From Verrucomicrobiota bacterium (GTDB taxonomy: Bacteria > Verrucomicrobiota > Verrucomicrobiia > Chthoniobacterales > JAFAMB01), in NCBI GenBank assembly GCA_019235445.1, contig JAFAKL010000056.1:1-38542 (forward strand): 38,542 nucleotides of DNA, in the 5' to 3' direction. A model generated the notes under the pieces. It did no database searches, was not told the DNA's origin, and was given only the letters and a program-made list of their open reading frames with translations. The position numbers and the translations under genes are program-made. This document shows, piece by piece, positions 9,290 to 16,922 of this stretch. Each line of letters starts with the position of its first letter. The first letter of the stretch is position 1.

Positions 9290-9769
9290 ATGCCTAACAC
9301 CCAAACCGCCATCACGGATCCCGAGGAGTTTCTCAAACTCTCCGTGGAACAGCTCGACGAAATTTTTCGAAATGCGCCCGCGGGCGCAATTCCCATCGGA
9401 CGAGGCGATGGTACGGCGATCATCGCGCCTGATACCGTCGTGTCGGACACGATCGCGAAATTCGTTCATATCTTTACCTGGAAAGGCAAGTTTTTTGAGT
9501 CCGATCCGGTCGATCCCCAACGTGCCGTACTTAAAAATCGCCTGTTCCTGTTGGGGACCAAAGCGATCGCTGCCCAAGTTTACAGAGGCGAGAGCTGGCT
9601 CGATGGAAAAGAGTGTATCGTCCTGGATTACTCCCAGACCTCCATTGTGGCACAGTGGATTCGCGACGAGATTCGCGAGGTTAGCCCGGGTCTCTACCTC
9701 GGGATTGTCTATTGGGGTAAGCAAAAATCTGGTGCGCACCGACTCATTCATTTCGCGCTGAAATTTTAA
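9290..9769 (+). CDS. Small conserved-looking hypothetical protein (possibly GXWXG/DUF4334-like beta-barrel; unverified)
   Basis: ATG 9290 is preceded by GGAGG with a 5-nt spacer (GGAGGataatATG). The motifs FTWKGKFF and LDGKECIVLDYSQ...IRDEIREVSPGLYLGIVYW recall the GXWXG/DUF4334 pattern, from memory only. The gene lies on the same strand inside the tight operon. Confidence 0.55.
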   Translation: MPNTQTAITDPEEFLKLSVEQLDEIFRNAPAGAIPIGRGDGTAIIAPDTVVSDTIAKFVHIFTWKGKFFESDPVDPQRAVLKNRLFLLGTKAIAAQVYRGESWLDGKECIVLDYSQTSIVAQWIRDEIREVSPGLYLGIVYWGKQKSGAHRLIHFALKF

Positions 9770-9839
9770 CCGCCGGCGGCCGCGCTGATATTTGAAAAAA
9801 GAGGGTGAGAGGTTCGTCCTCAACGGAAGCAATTGATCC

Positions 9840-11075
9840 ATGCAGGATTTTAATTCTAATGTCAGCCGGCCCATGCCGGCAGCAAATACCGGTTCGGCCC
9901 TGCTAAATTGGATCAGTGACACTTTCACCTTCGTATTGCATGTCGAAAGGAGGTTTGATCCATGGTTTCGCCCTGCGTTTGATGCGCTGCTCCGTGATTC
10001 GATCGCGCGTTGGGTCACCCGGTTAATCAACACGCGACGGTCCAACGAAGGTCTGAAGATGGCGGAGGAAAAGCTGTTCCCGGATGAAGGAGAGTTTCTT
10101 GACTCGATCATATCGAGCTTTGAGAAGCAAATGAGGGATCTGTGGAAGCCTGGCGGTTTTGAGCGCGGCGGGAACACGAAAACACAGGGCATCGTGCGGG
10201 GCGAGTTCATAGTACACGACAATCTTCCGGCGGAATTCCGACACGGCATTTACGCGAAGGGCCAAACCTTCCCCGCCTGGGTTCGCTTTTCCGGTCCGGG
10301 TCCCTATATCACACCAGATATCGATGACGTAGGTTTCATGAGCATCAGTATCAAACTCATGGGTGTGCCGGGGCCGAAGCTAATAGAGCAGGAGAGATTT
10401 ACTCTCGACATGTTCGGTGTCTCCACTCCGACCTTCGTGACGCCGGATACTAGGGCGAATGCGCAGTTGCAGAAGGAGAGTGTCAAAAATGCGCAGATAT
10501 TCTATTTCTTGAATTTCAAGCGTCCGCACGTCCTCGATCTTATCATGCAGTCGCTATGGGTCAAGACTCAGAGCAGTCCGTTTGAAGCACCCTATTTCAG
10601 TTGCGTTCCCTATCTGCTGGGAGAAGGCCAGGCGATGCAATACTCGGTATGGCCTAAAACGCAGAAACGAACGCCGATCCCGCGTCTGCCTTTCCGCCCG
10701 CCGGATGATTATTTGCGGCGTGCCATGGTGGCCTCATTGGCAGAGGGAGATGTGGAGTTCGACATTCGCATCCAACTGCAAACCGACTCCCATCTTATGC
10801 CGATCGAGAACAACGCGGTGCTTTGGCCGGAGAACCTGTCGCCACGGATCTCCGTGGCGACACTGCGCCTTCCGAGACAGAAATTCGATTCTCCGGCTCA
10901 GATGGAGTTCGCGAAACAGCTTTCCTACAATCCGTGGCACACCATCGCCGAGCATCGTCCCTTGGGTAATCAAAGCCGCGCCCGCCGCCGGATGTATCTG
11001 GTTCTTTCTGAGCTGCGGCATTCCATGAACGCGGTACCACACTACGAACCGAACGGAGACGAGGTCTTCGAGTAA
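9840..11075 (+). CDS. Catalase-fold haem protein (mini-catalase / y4iL- or allene-oxide-synthase-like clade)
   Basis: Colinear catalase-core landmarks are present: FERGGNTKTQGIVRGEF (the HAKGxxxxGxF region), WVRFSGPG (VRFS), FMSISIKLMG, and DMFGVSTPTFVTPD. Near the C-terminus, NQSRARRRMYLVLSELR fits the proximal-ligand R-x3-Y...R region. Confidence 0.72.
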   Translation: MQDFNSNVSRPMPAANTGSALLNWISDTFTFVLHVERRFDPWFRPAFDALLRDSIARWVTRLINTRRSNEGLKMAEEKLFPDEGEFLDSIISSFEKQMRDLWKPGGFERGGNTKTQGIVRGEFIVHDNLPAEFRHGIYAKGQTFPAWVRFSGPGPYITPDIDDVGFMSISIKLMGVPGPKLIEQERFTLDMFGVSTPTFVTPDTRANAQLQKESVKNAQIFYFLNFKRPHVLDLIMQSLWVKTQSSPFEAPYFSCVPYLLGEGQAMQYSVWPKTQKRTPIPRLPFRPPDDYLRRAMVASLAEGDVEFDIRIQLQTDSHLMPIENNAVLWPENLSPRISVATLRLPRQKFDSPAQMEFAKQLSYNPWHTIAEHRPLGNQSRARRRMYLVLSELRHSMNAVPHYEPNGDEVFE

Positions 11076-11082
11076 TTGTCAG

Positions 11083-12381
11083 ATGACTCCGCAGTCAAGC
11101 TTCATGGTTCTGGCACCGATCGTCCCTGCGCGTGAAGAGGAATTACGCAGGCTGCTCGCATCAATGAACGACGGACCCGGTCGCGTGAATGCTAACAACG
11201 CGCTGATCCCGTTCGCGAAGTTTAATAACCTGCATTTCGCGCGCCTGCTCATTCTCGATGACAAAACGACCGCAGACGCGCGCGTCTATGGTTTGCGGCG
11301 CAAGCCCTATCCACTCTATCTGGCATTCCTTGGAGATGTGGATAGCGGTGAAAACGATTTTCTGAAGGATTTGGCGAAGGCCGCGTTCAACGGCTTACGC
11401 AAGCTCTTTTCCTGCTGCGAAGGATTTAGCGATGATAGCAACCTCCTGAACTGGATGAAAGCACACCGTAAACCTTCAATTGCTAATTATGTGAACTGGC
11501 CGGGACGCACGGTCCGTCGCATTCGTGAAGAGGCGGCGTTGCAAGAAGCACTCGAGCGTCATCTTAGTAAGGAATGTTCGCTCTGGGACATCTCTCCGCG
11601 AGAAATTCATGTGAAGTTGGCGCAGTTTGTCAATGAGGAAAAAACCTCGGGCCGTTTGACCCTATCGGACGAAAGCCCAACTCCGCCCGGATGGTGGATC
11701 CGGAATCTGCTGCACCTGGTGGCCATGCCGTTGCTGGTTTTACTTCTGTCCCCTCTGCTGGTCGTGATCGCGCCATTCTATCTCATCCGTCTGCGCATGC
11801 TCGAGAGAACAGATCCTGAGCTATGTCCAACCGTTGACCAGGCATACACCGAGGAACTTTCGCTCGGAGAAGATCACTATGTTACGAATCAGTTCAGCGC
11901 GATGGGCAGCCTAAAACCGGGCCCGGTGCGATTGCTAACGACTATTGGAGTGCTAAGTACCGTCAATTATGCGGCGCGGCACATTGTACGCCCGGGCCGG
12001 CTGGGGCGCATTCGCACTATCCACTTCGCGCGTTGGGTTTTTCTCGACGGCACGAAGCGAATGATCTTTTGCAGCAACTATGATGGAAGCGTCGAGAGCT
12101 ATATGGACGATTTCATTAACAAAACTGGGTTCGGACTGAACGCTGTTTTCAGCAACGGCATCGGCTATCCCACCACCAATTGGCTTGTCATGGACGGGTG
12201 CGGCGACGAGCGGAAGTATGTGGAGTTCCTCCGACGCCACACGCTCCCGACGCAGGTCTGGTATAAAGCCTATCCTGGACTGACCGCGATCGATCTGGAA
12301 AGGAATGGGCGCATTCGCAAAGGACTGGAGATCTCGTCTTTGAGCGATCAAGAGGCGACAGAATGGGTTGCGTTACTATGA
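11083..12381 (+). CDS. Uncharacterised protein with a central TM hairpin; possible degenerate DyP/ferredoxin-like-fold partner
   Basis: The gene starts 7 nt after the catalase-like stop, and its stop overlaps the DyP start (ATGA at 12378-12381). Two similar segments occur: FAKFNNLHFARLLILDD near the N-terminus and IRTIHFARWVFLDGTKRMIFCSNYDGSVESYMDDF in the C-terminal half. The hydrophobic stretch is WWIRNLLHLVAMPLLVLLLSPLLVVIAPFYLI. Confidence 0.7.
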   Translation: MTPQSSFMVLAPIVPAREEELRRLLASMNDGPGRVNANNALIPFAKFNNLHFARLLILDDKTTADARVYGLRRKPYPLYLAFLGDVDSGENDFLKDLAKAAFNGLRKLFSCCEGFSDDSNLLNWMKAHRKPSIANYVNWPGRTVRRIREEAALQEALERHLSKECSLWDISPREIHVKLAQFVNEEKTSGRLTLSDESPTPPGWWIRNLLHLVAMPLLVLLLSPLLVVIAPFYLIRLRMLERTDPELCPTVDQAYTEELSLGEDHYVTNQFSAMGSLKPGPVRLLTTIGVLSTVNYAARHIVRPGRLGRIRTIHFARWVFLDGTKRMIFCSNYDGSVESYMDDFINKTGFGLNAVFSNGIGYPTTNWLVMDGCGDERKYVEFLRRHTLPTQVWYKAYPGLTAIDLERNGRIRKGLEISSLSDQEATEWVALL

Positions 12382-13883
12382 GCGAATTCGATGCCGCGGA
12401 CGCGCAGGGTTTGCTGCGCTTTGGATACAAAAAAATGACCAAAGCCTCGTACGCGCTGCTGCGCGTAAAACACGTTGCGGCGGCGCAAGCCTGGTTGCAC
12501 TCCGCGCCGGTCACCACTGCGGTGGAGATGAATCCGCCACCGACGGCGGCCTTGCAGGTCGCATTTACCGCTCCTGGTCTACTGGCTCTTGGTGTGCGGG
12601 AGTCGGTGATCGCGGAATTCTCGCACGAGTTTCGAGGCGGCATGGCGCAAGAGAGTCGTTCGCGGCAATTGGGAGATGTGGACGACAACGCGCCCGAAAA
12701 CTGGAGTTGGGGTGGACCGGCGTACGGACTACATCTCGTGGTGATGTTTTTTGGTGAACCCGAACCGTACGAAGCCTTCGTCCAAACCTCGAAGGGTCCT
12801 GGATGGAATGACGCGTTCGATACCCTGGCCTGTCTTTACACCAGCGATTTTGGTGGAGTGGAACCGTTTGGGTTCACCGACGGGGTCAGTCAGCCGGAGA
12901 TTGACTGGGAGCAGCAGCGCAAAACGCCGTGCACTCAGCTTGACTATACTAACAGTGCCTCTCTCGGAGAGTTTCTGCTGGGGTATCGCAATGAATATGG
13001 CAAATACACGGACCGGCCGTTGCTCGACATCAGCCCCGCCAGTGCGGGCCTGCCCCCGGCGGAGGATGCGCCTGGGAAGAAAGACCTTGGACGCAACGGG
13101 ACCTATCTGGTGATGCGTCAATTGCAGCAGGACGTGCGCATGTTTTGGCAGTTCGTCGGCCAGCAGGTCGGCGGCGACATTGCGAAGGCGGAGAAATTAG
13201 CCGCGGCAATGGTCGGCCGAACGAGAGCAGGCGATCCGCTGGAGCCGATTCAGGAACAGCCGATTGCCGGCATCAGAGTGAAGCCAGGGGAAAGGGAACA
13301 GAACCGGTTTACCTTCGATCAGGACCCGACGGGCAGCCGGTGCCCTTTCGGTGCCCACGTGCGCCGGGCAAATCCACGCAACACCGATTTTCCTGACCGG
13401 CCAGGCAACGTATGGAGGAAGCTGATCACAATGCTGGGTTTCGGTCCAAAGGGTTTCCGCGACGACCTGACATCCTCCGTTCGATTCCATCGCATCGTGC
13501 GACGCGGCCGGGAATACGGAACTCAGTTGACACCGGAGGAGGCGCTCGCGCCGGCTCGTGGCTCTGACCCGGAACGCGGACTGCATTTCATGTGTCTGAA
13601 TGCCAACATTGCGCGCCAATTCGAGTTTCTGCAAAATGCTTGGATAAACAGCACAAAATTTTCTGGCTTAGTGGATGAAAGCGATCCACTGCTCGGCAAT
13701 CGCGCGCCGATACCCGGCTGCCCCGTCACGAATGACTTCACGATCCAGAAAAGCGGCGCCGTCCGGCGCCGGTTTTCTGGAATGCCCCAGTTCATCAAGG
13801 TGCGCGGCGGCGCGTACTTTTTCATGCCGGGGATCAAGGCGCTGCGCTACTTCGGGCAGGTAGAGGAGAGTCGAGTCAGCTGA
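12378..13883 (+). CDS. DyP-type (dye-decolorising) haem peroxidase
   Basis: - N-terminal DAQGLLRFGY.
- GxxDG motif with the distal Asp (EPFGFTDGVSQPEI).
- GTYLVMRQLQQDV.
- Proximal His region CPFGAHVRRANPRN.
- Distal Arg region HRIVRRGREYG.
- C-terminal GLHFMCLNANIARQFEFLQNAW.

The start is taken at ATG 12378 (ATGA overlap); the in-frame ATG 12363 is the alternative. Confidence 0.9.
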   Translation: MSEFDAADAQGLLRFGYKKMTKASYALLRVKHVAAAQAWLHSAPVTTAVEMNPPPTAALQVAFTAPGLLALGVRESVIAEFSHEFRGGMAQESRSRQLGDVDDNAPENWSWGGPAYGLHLVVMFFGEPEPYEAFVQTSKGPGWNDAFDTLACLYTSDFGGVEPFGFTDGVSQPEIDWEQQRKTPCTQLDYTNSASLGEFLLGYRNEYGKYTDRPLLDISPASAGLPPAEDAPGKKDLGRNGTYLVMRQLQQDVRMFWQFVGQQVGGDIAKAEKLAAAMVGRTRAGDPLEPIQEQPIAGIRVKPGEREQNRFTFDQDPTGSRCPFGAHVRRANPRNTDFPDRPGNVWRKLITMLGFGPKGFRDDLTSSVRFHRIVRRGREYGTQLTPEEALAPARGSDPERGLHFMCLNANIARQFEFLQNAWINSTKFSGLVDESDPLLGNRAPIPGCPVTNDFTIQKSGAVRRRFSGMPQFIKVRGGAYFFMPGIKALRYFGQVEESRVS

Positions 13884-13905
13884 GACTTAACGAGGTTGGA
13901 CAATC

Positions 13906-14256
13906 CTAAACGAAAGACTGGCGCGTCGGCAGCCACGCCTTCATGCTGTCATAGCTGAGATCGGATTGGCGCGCTTCGATCAATTTTGGGTGTTGTGGGA
14001 GTGCGACCGAATCAATGCACCAACGTCCCGATCGGAAACCAGCCCTTGCCAATGCGTGCGGGCCGATTTCGCCCGCAAGATATTCTGCAAGCTGTTCATC
14101 GGAGGCTTCCCCTGCGTAGGGCGACTGCTTCCGATACCTTTCGATTCGCGTGCCCGGCACTTCGACGATCACGGTTTGGGGACTGTCGGAAGGACGTTCA
14201 GATTCACGGTCATGCGGTGTAACAGTTATTTGCACGTAAATGTCTGGGGAAGGCAT
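13906..14256 (-). CDS. Hypothetical protein (116 aa), no recognisable motif
   Basis: This is the only long ORF in this interval. It is divergent from the 14360 ORF. No SD and no family motif were seen. Confidence 0.35.
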   Translation of the reverse strand: MPSPDIYVQITVTPHDRESERPSDSPQTVIVEVPGTRIERYRKQSPYAGEASDEQLAEYLAGEIGPHALARAGFRSGRWCIDSVALPQHPKLIEARQSDLSYDSMKAWLPTRQSFV

Positions 14257-14359
14257 AAATGGAGTTTAGGGTCGTAATAAGTTATTGCCAAACTGGGAAC
14301 AAATGGCGCACAGTGCATTTCAAGAATTTTCTTGATCCGTTCGGACGTGACCATCGAGC

Positions 14360-14686
14360 ATGAGCCGCTTCGTCTATTTCGACTATCGTGGAAAATTTCC
14401 TCGAAGCGCAAGCTTGCCTGACCCTCCGGTGCATTATCGGTACCTCGTCGAGGTCTCAAAAAAGGATTGCGACGGTGCAGACCGAGATCCCGTAGAGTTG
14501 AAACGAGTAGCGAGAAGTCTCCTGCACATGAGTCTCGGCGAAGAAAAGACTAAAGTTGTCGCTGGTTCAGCGGAGCAGAAAGAGATCGAACAGGGACATT
14601 TCGACGAGATTACCAAGGCGGAAATTTACTCGACCTTTGATGGTTCGGTCTACAGAGTGGTCCGAGGCCTGGATGTGTGGGAATAA
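14360..14686 (+). CDS. Hypothetical protein (108 aa), no recognisable motif
   Basis: ATG-initiated ORF with a protein-like charged/hydrophobic mix. No family motif was seen. Confidence 0.4.
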   Translation: MSRFVYFDYRGKFPRSASLPDPPVHYRYLVEVSKKDCDGADRDPVELKRVARSLLHMSLGEEKTKVVAGSAEQKEIEQGHFDEITKAEIYSTFDGSVYRVVRGLDVWE

Positions 14687-14777
14687 AGCTGTCTGTCTGT
14701 AGTTGTTGTCATCACAAGACCTTAGCCGGATTCCACGGTGATTTCGAGCCAGCCGAGCGGCGGGCGCGAGTTCGGCG

Positions 14778-14828
14778 ATTGTAAGCCGCCAGTGATGGAT
14801 CGCCTTGGGACGTTTTCGTTGTTATTCA
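14778..14828. repeat. Left part of the interrupted copy (B) of a ~175-nt non-coding repeat
   Basis: attgtaagccgccagtgatggatcgccttgggacgttttcgttgttattca matches 28526-28578 (attgtagtaagccgccgtgatggatcgccttggaacgttttcgagttgttgttca) with a few substitutions and indels. Confidence 0.85.
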
Positions 14829-14910
14829 GATTCGATCCGGCCGAAGACATGGACCGCATTAAGGGTCAAAATGGCGAAAACCTCCGTGGCTCGTCTGAGC
14901 GGCCATGCAG

Positions 14911-14940
14911 ATTACGGCATATTACAGCAGATTACAGAAG
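14911..14940. repeat. Three tandem 10-bp units (attacggcat / attacagcag / attacagaag)
   Basis: Read directly from the sequence. The units have helical-turn periodicity and lie ~135 nt upstream of the candidate start at 15076. Confidence 0.7.
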
Positions 14941-15075
14941 ATATGATAAATATTGCAATCACTAAAAAAATGCCTAGTTTGGCGCGTGAGCATAAGTTCT
15001 CTTTTGGATAGAGAGATGGGGAGATTTCACTCACTCACCAGTGTTCCAGCGAGGTGGAGCAAAGGCAAGGAAGCC

Positions 15076-15543
15076 ATGAATCTGAATCAACAGCTCGAGC
15101 GGCAACGGCGACAAAATGAGGAGCAAGTTCGTATCAGGAGATACCTTACTCATCCAGAGGAAATTCGAAGTGTGGCGAAGCAATTGGGCTGGCTCGCCTT
15201 GGTAAGTAGCGCAAGAAAGGGTATTCTCGGCTTGGAAAAGGAGTGTCCGCACGAGTTCCATATCGTCACACAGTCGGACCTGAACGGGAAGACTGGATTA
15301 CTCGTCGGCTGGATGTCCGCTAATGGAAGATCCTGTCAATTTGCACTCCTGTTCGAAATCGATCGCCAGTCGATTTCACATGCCGCTGCGATCTACACGA
15401 TGCAAAAACAATCTGAAAGGGTCTTGAGCTATTCGATAAGGAGATTCGGCTTCTCTGTTAATGCTCCGGGAATCAGGAAAGAATCGCTTATCAGGAGGAG
15501 AAAGTCGAACCTTGGAGAAGCGATACAGCATAATCCTACCTAG
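15076..15543 (+). CDS. Hypothetical protein (155 aa) inside the cassette
   Basis: ATG 15076 (MNLNQQLERQRRQ...) is preceded by the purine-rich aaggcaaggaag. The listed ORF begins further upstream at 14953. No family motif was recognised. Confidence 0.4.
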   Translation: MNLNQQLERQRRQNEEQVRIRRYLTHPEEIRSVAKQLGWLALVSSARKGILGLEKECPHEFHIVTQSDLNGKTGLLVGWMSANGRSCQFALLFEIDRQSISHAAAIYTMQKQSERVLSYSIRRFGFSVNAPGIRKESLIRRRKSNLGEAIQHNPT

Positions 15544-15591
15544 GCCACCATATCAGCGATCCAGCACGCGTTCATCCTGGTCTCTTTGCCC

Positions 15592-15807
15592 TCACTCAAC
15601 ATAACGGTCCAAAGGCTTGCACTGCATTTTAGGTCGCTGCATCTGACTGGCGTTGATTATTTTAAATTCCTGTAGCAGGGAAGCCAAAGCTCTTCCATCT
15701 CCCGCTAAATGGGCATCGCGAGCCTGCGCGGCCCGCACAAGTAAATTCACCGCCGTACGCTTGCGGTCTACCTTTTCTTCTGGAACAGATTGTCTCTCGG
15801 CCCTCAT
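15592..15807 (-). CDS. Hypothetical small helical protein (71 aa) inside the cassette
   Basis: On the minus strand, GGAGGaataaagATG places a strong SD 7 nt before ATG 15807 (MRAERQSVPEEKVDRKR...). The gene is convergent with the 155-aa ORF. Confidence 0.45.
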   Translation of the reverse strand: MRAERQSVPEEKVDRKRTAVNLLVRAAQARDAHLAGDGRALASLLQEFKIINASQMQRPKMQCKPLDRYVE

Positions 15808-15828
15808 CTTTATTCCTCCAACAGATTG

Positions 15829-15950
15829 ATTCACCACCAAAGAAACGAAGAAAACTCAGTTCGCGCGATAATCCCGCCGAGCAATTCGCCCTCCCAAATG
15901 CTGGTAGTCTCTCTCAGCGACAAAGATCGAACTTCAGAAACACGTCGCGC
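15829..15950. repeat. Right part of the interrupted copy (B) of the ~175-nt repeat
   Basis: attcaccaccaaagaaacgaagaaaactcagttcgcgcgataatccc...ctctcagcgacaaagatcgaacttcagaaacacgtcgcgc aligns with 28574-28702. Confidence 0.85.
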
Positions 15951-16295
15951 GAGAGTAGTTTATGCAAGAAAGTTCGCTTCACAACATAAAAATCATAGAT
16001 TGAAGAAATTCAATGAAAAGCATCCGTCCGATCCAGCGGGATTGGACGAGGGTTCCTTCGCCGTCTAGCGTTGATGACGGAACGGGTTGGCGGTTCGGCG
16101 GTTCAACAGAACCCGTCCAATCTCCGCCATTTGGCAATCCATTAGGCAGACAGCGCGGCGATCGGTCGTCCGATTTGCGTGAGGCACGAGATCTTCGGGA
16201 ATGTTCAGCCGCCTCACCGGGGGCCAGTTTAGTTGCTGGACATTGCCACTTTTCGGCTCGAAATTTTCAAAGTTAAACCTCAAGAGGTGAGCGCG

Positions 16296-16517
16296 ATGGC
16301 AACCAAAGAAATTCAAAAACTGGATTACGTGAGAGAGGGTGTACGCTATACGATCCACGTTGAGGAAATGGAAGGCGCGGTAATGTGGGGCACATGGAAT
16401 TGCTGCGATTGCGGCGTTGGGGGCGCGAGCGGCATGAAATCCACCACCATTGACGAAGCGGTTGAATCGGCGAAAAGCGACCTGGAAAGGCACCACACGG
16501 CGAATCACAAAGTTTGA
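16296..16517 (+). CDS. Hypothetical small Cys-containing protein (73 aa)
   Basis: ATG 16296 follows agaggtga (SD-like). The sequence is MATKEIQKLDYVREGVRYTIHVEEMEGAVMWGTWNCCDCGVGG... No family was recognised. The overlapping 158-aa minus-strand ORF looks like an antisense artefact. Confidence 0.45.
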   Translation: MATKEIQKLDYVREGVRYTIHVEEMEGAVMWGTWNCCDCGVGGASGMKSTTIDEAVESAKSDLERHHTANHKV

Positions 16518-16922
16518 TACGCCTTTCCTTGAACAAGGCATTGGGGTCTCCAGCCCGGGTCAGGTGCTTGACTGAAAAGGCGCGTTGATCATGGGATGGA
16601 GAAGCGCGAATTGTGCCGCCAGCTTATAGGAGATCGAGAGAAAATAGACGCCACATGCGGAGGTCTGAGGTTAAAACCCTGAGCTGAATCCTGCCGGCCC
16701 CTTCGAGGCGAAGAATCATCCTAAATGCGCCTTATCTTCGCGCCATTCCGGTTAGCGCCAAGAGCTTGGGATGTTGTTTGTTCGTCAAAGCGGTGGTATC
16801 GGAACGCCGGGCGTTGGGAAGAGCTCGTGCGCACGAAACGATTGCGAGATGCCAACGGCTCAGGAATTCAGATCAGACGGTCCGCCAAGCAAGCCATCAC
16901 TCTGCGCGCGAGCTGTTCCTGT

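Larger units (their letters stand above)
14829..15828. mobile_element. ~1.0-kb inserted cassette splitting repeat copy B; flanked by direct ATTCA; no recognisable transposase or integrase
   Basis: Repeat homology stops at 14828 and resumes at 15829. ATTCA is present at 14824-14828 and at 15829-15833, whereas the intact copy has a single GTTCA. The cassette carries two convergent small ORFs and a 3x10-bp tandem repeat. It is more AT-rich than the core genes. Confidence 0.45.

Noticed and set aside
14829-15828. The insert length being exactly 1000 bp as a meaningful signal
   Set aside because: The junction can be shifted within the ATTCA duplication, so the round number is most likely coincidence.
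14778-15950. Whether the two repeat copies are a diversity-generating retroelement template/variable repeat pair
   Set aside because: The mismatches are not adenine-specific, indels are present, and no reverse transcriptase is found in the window.
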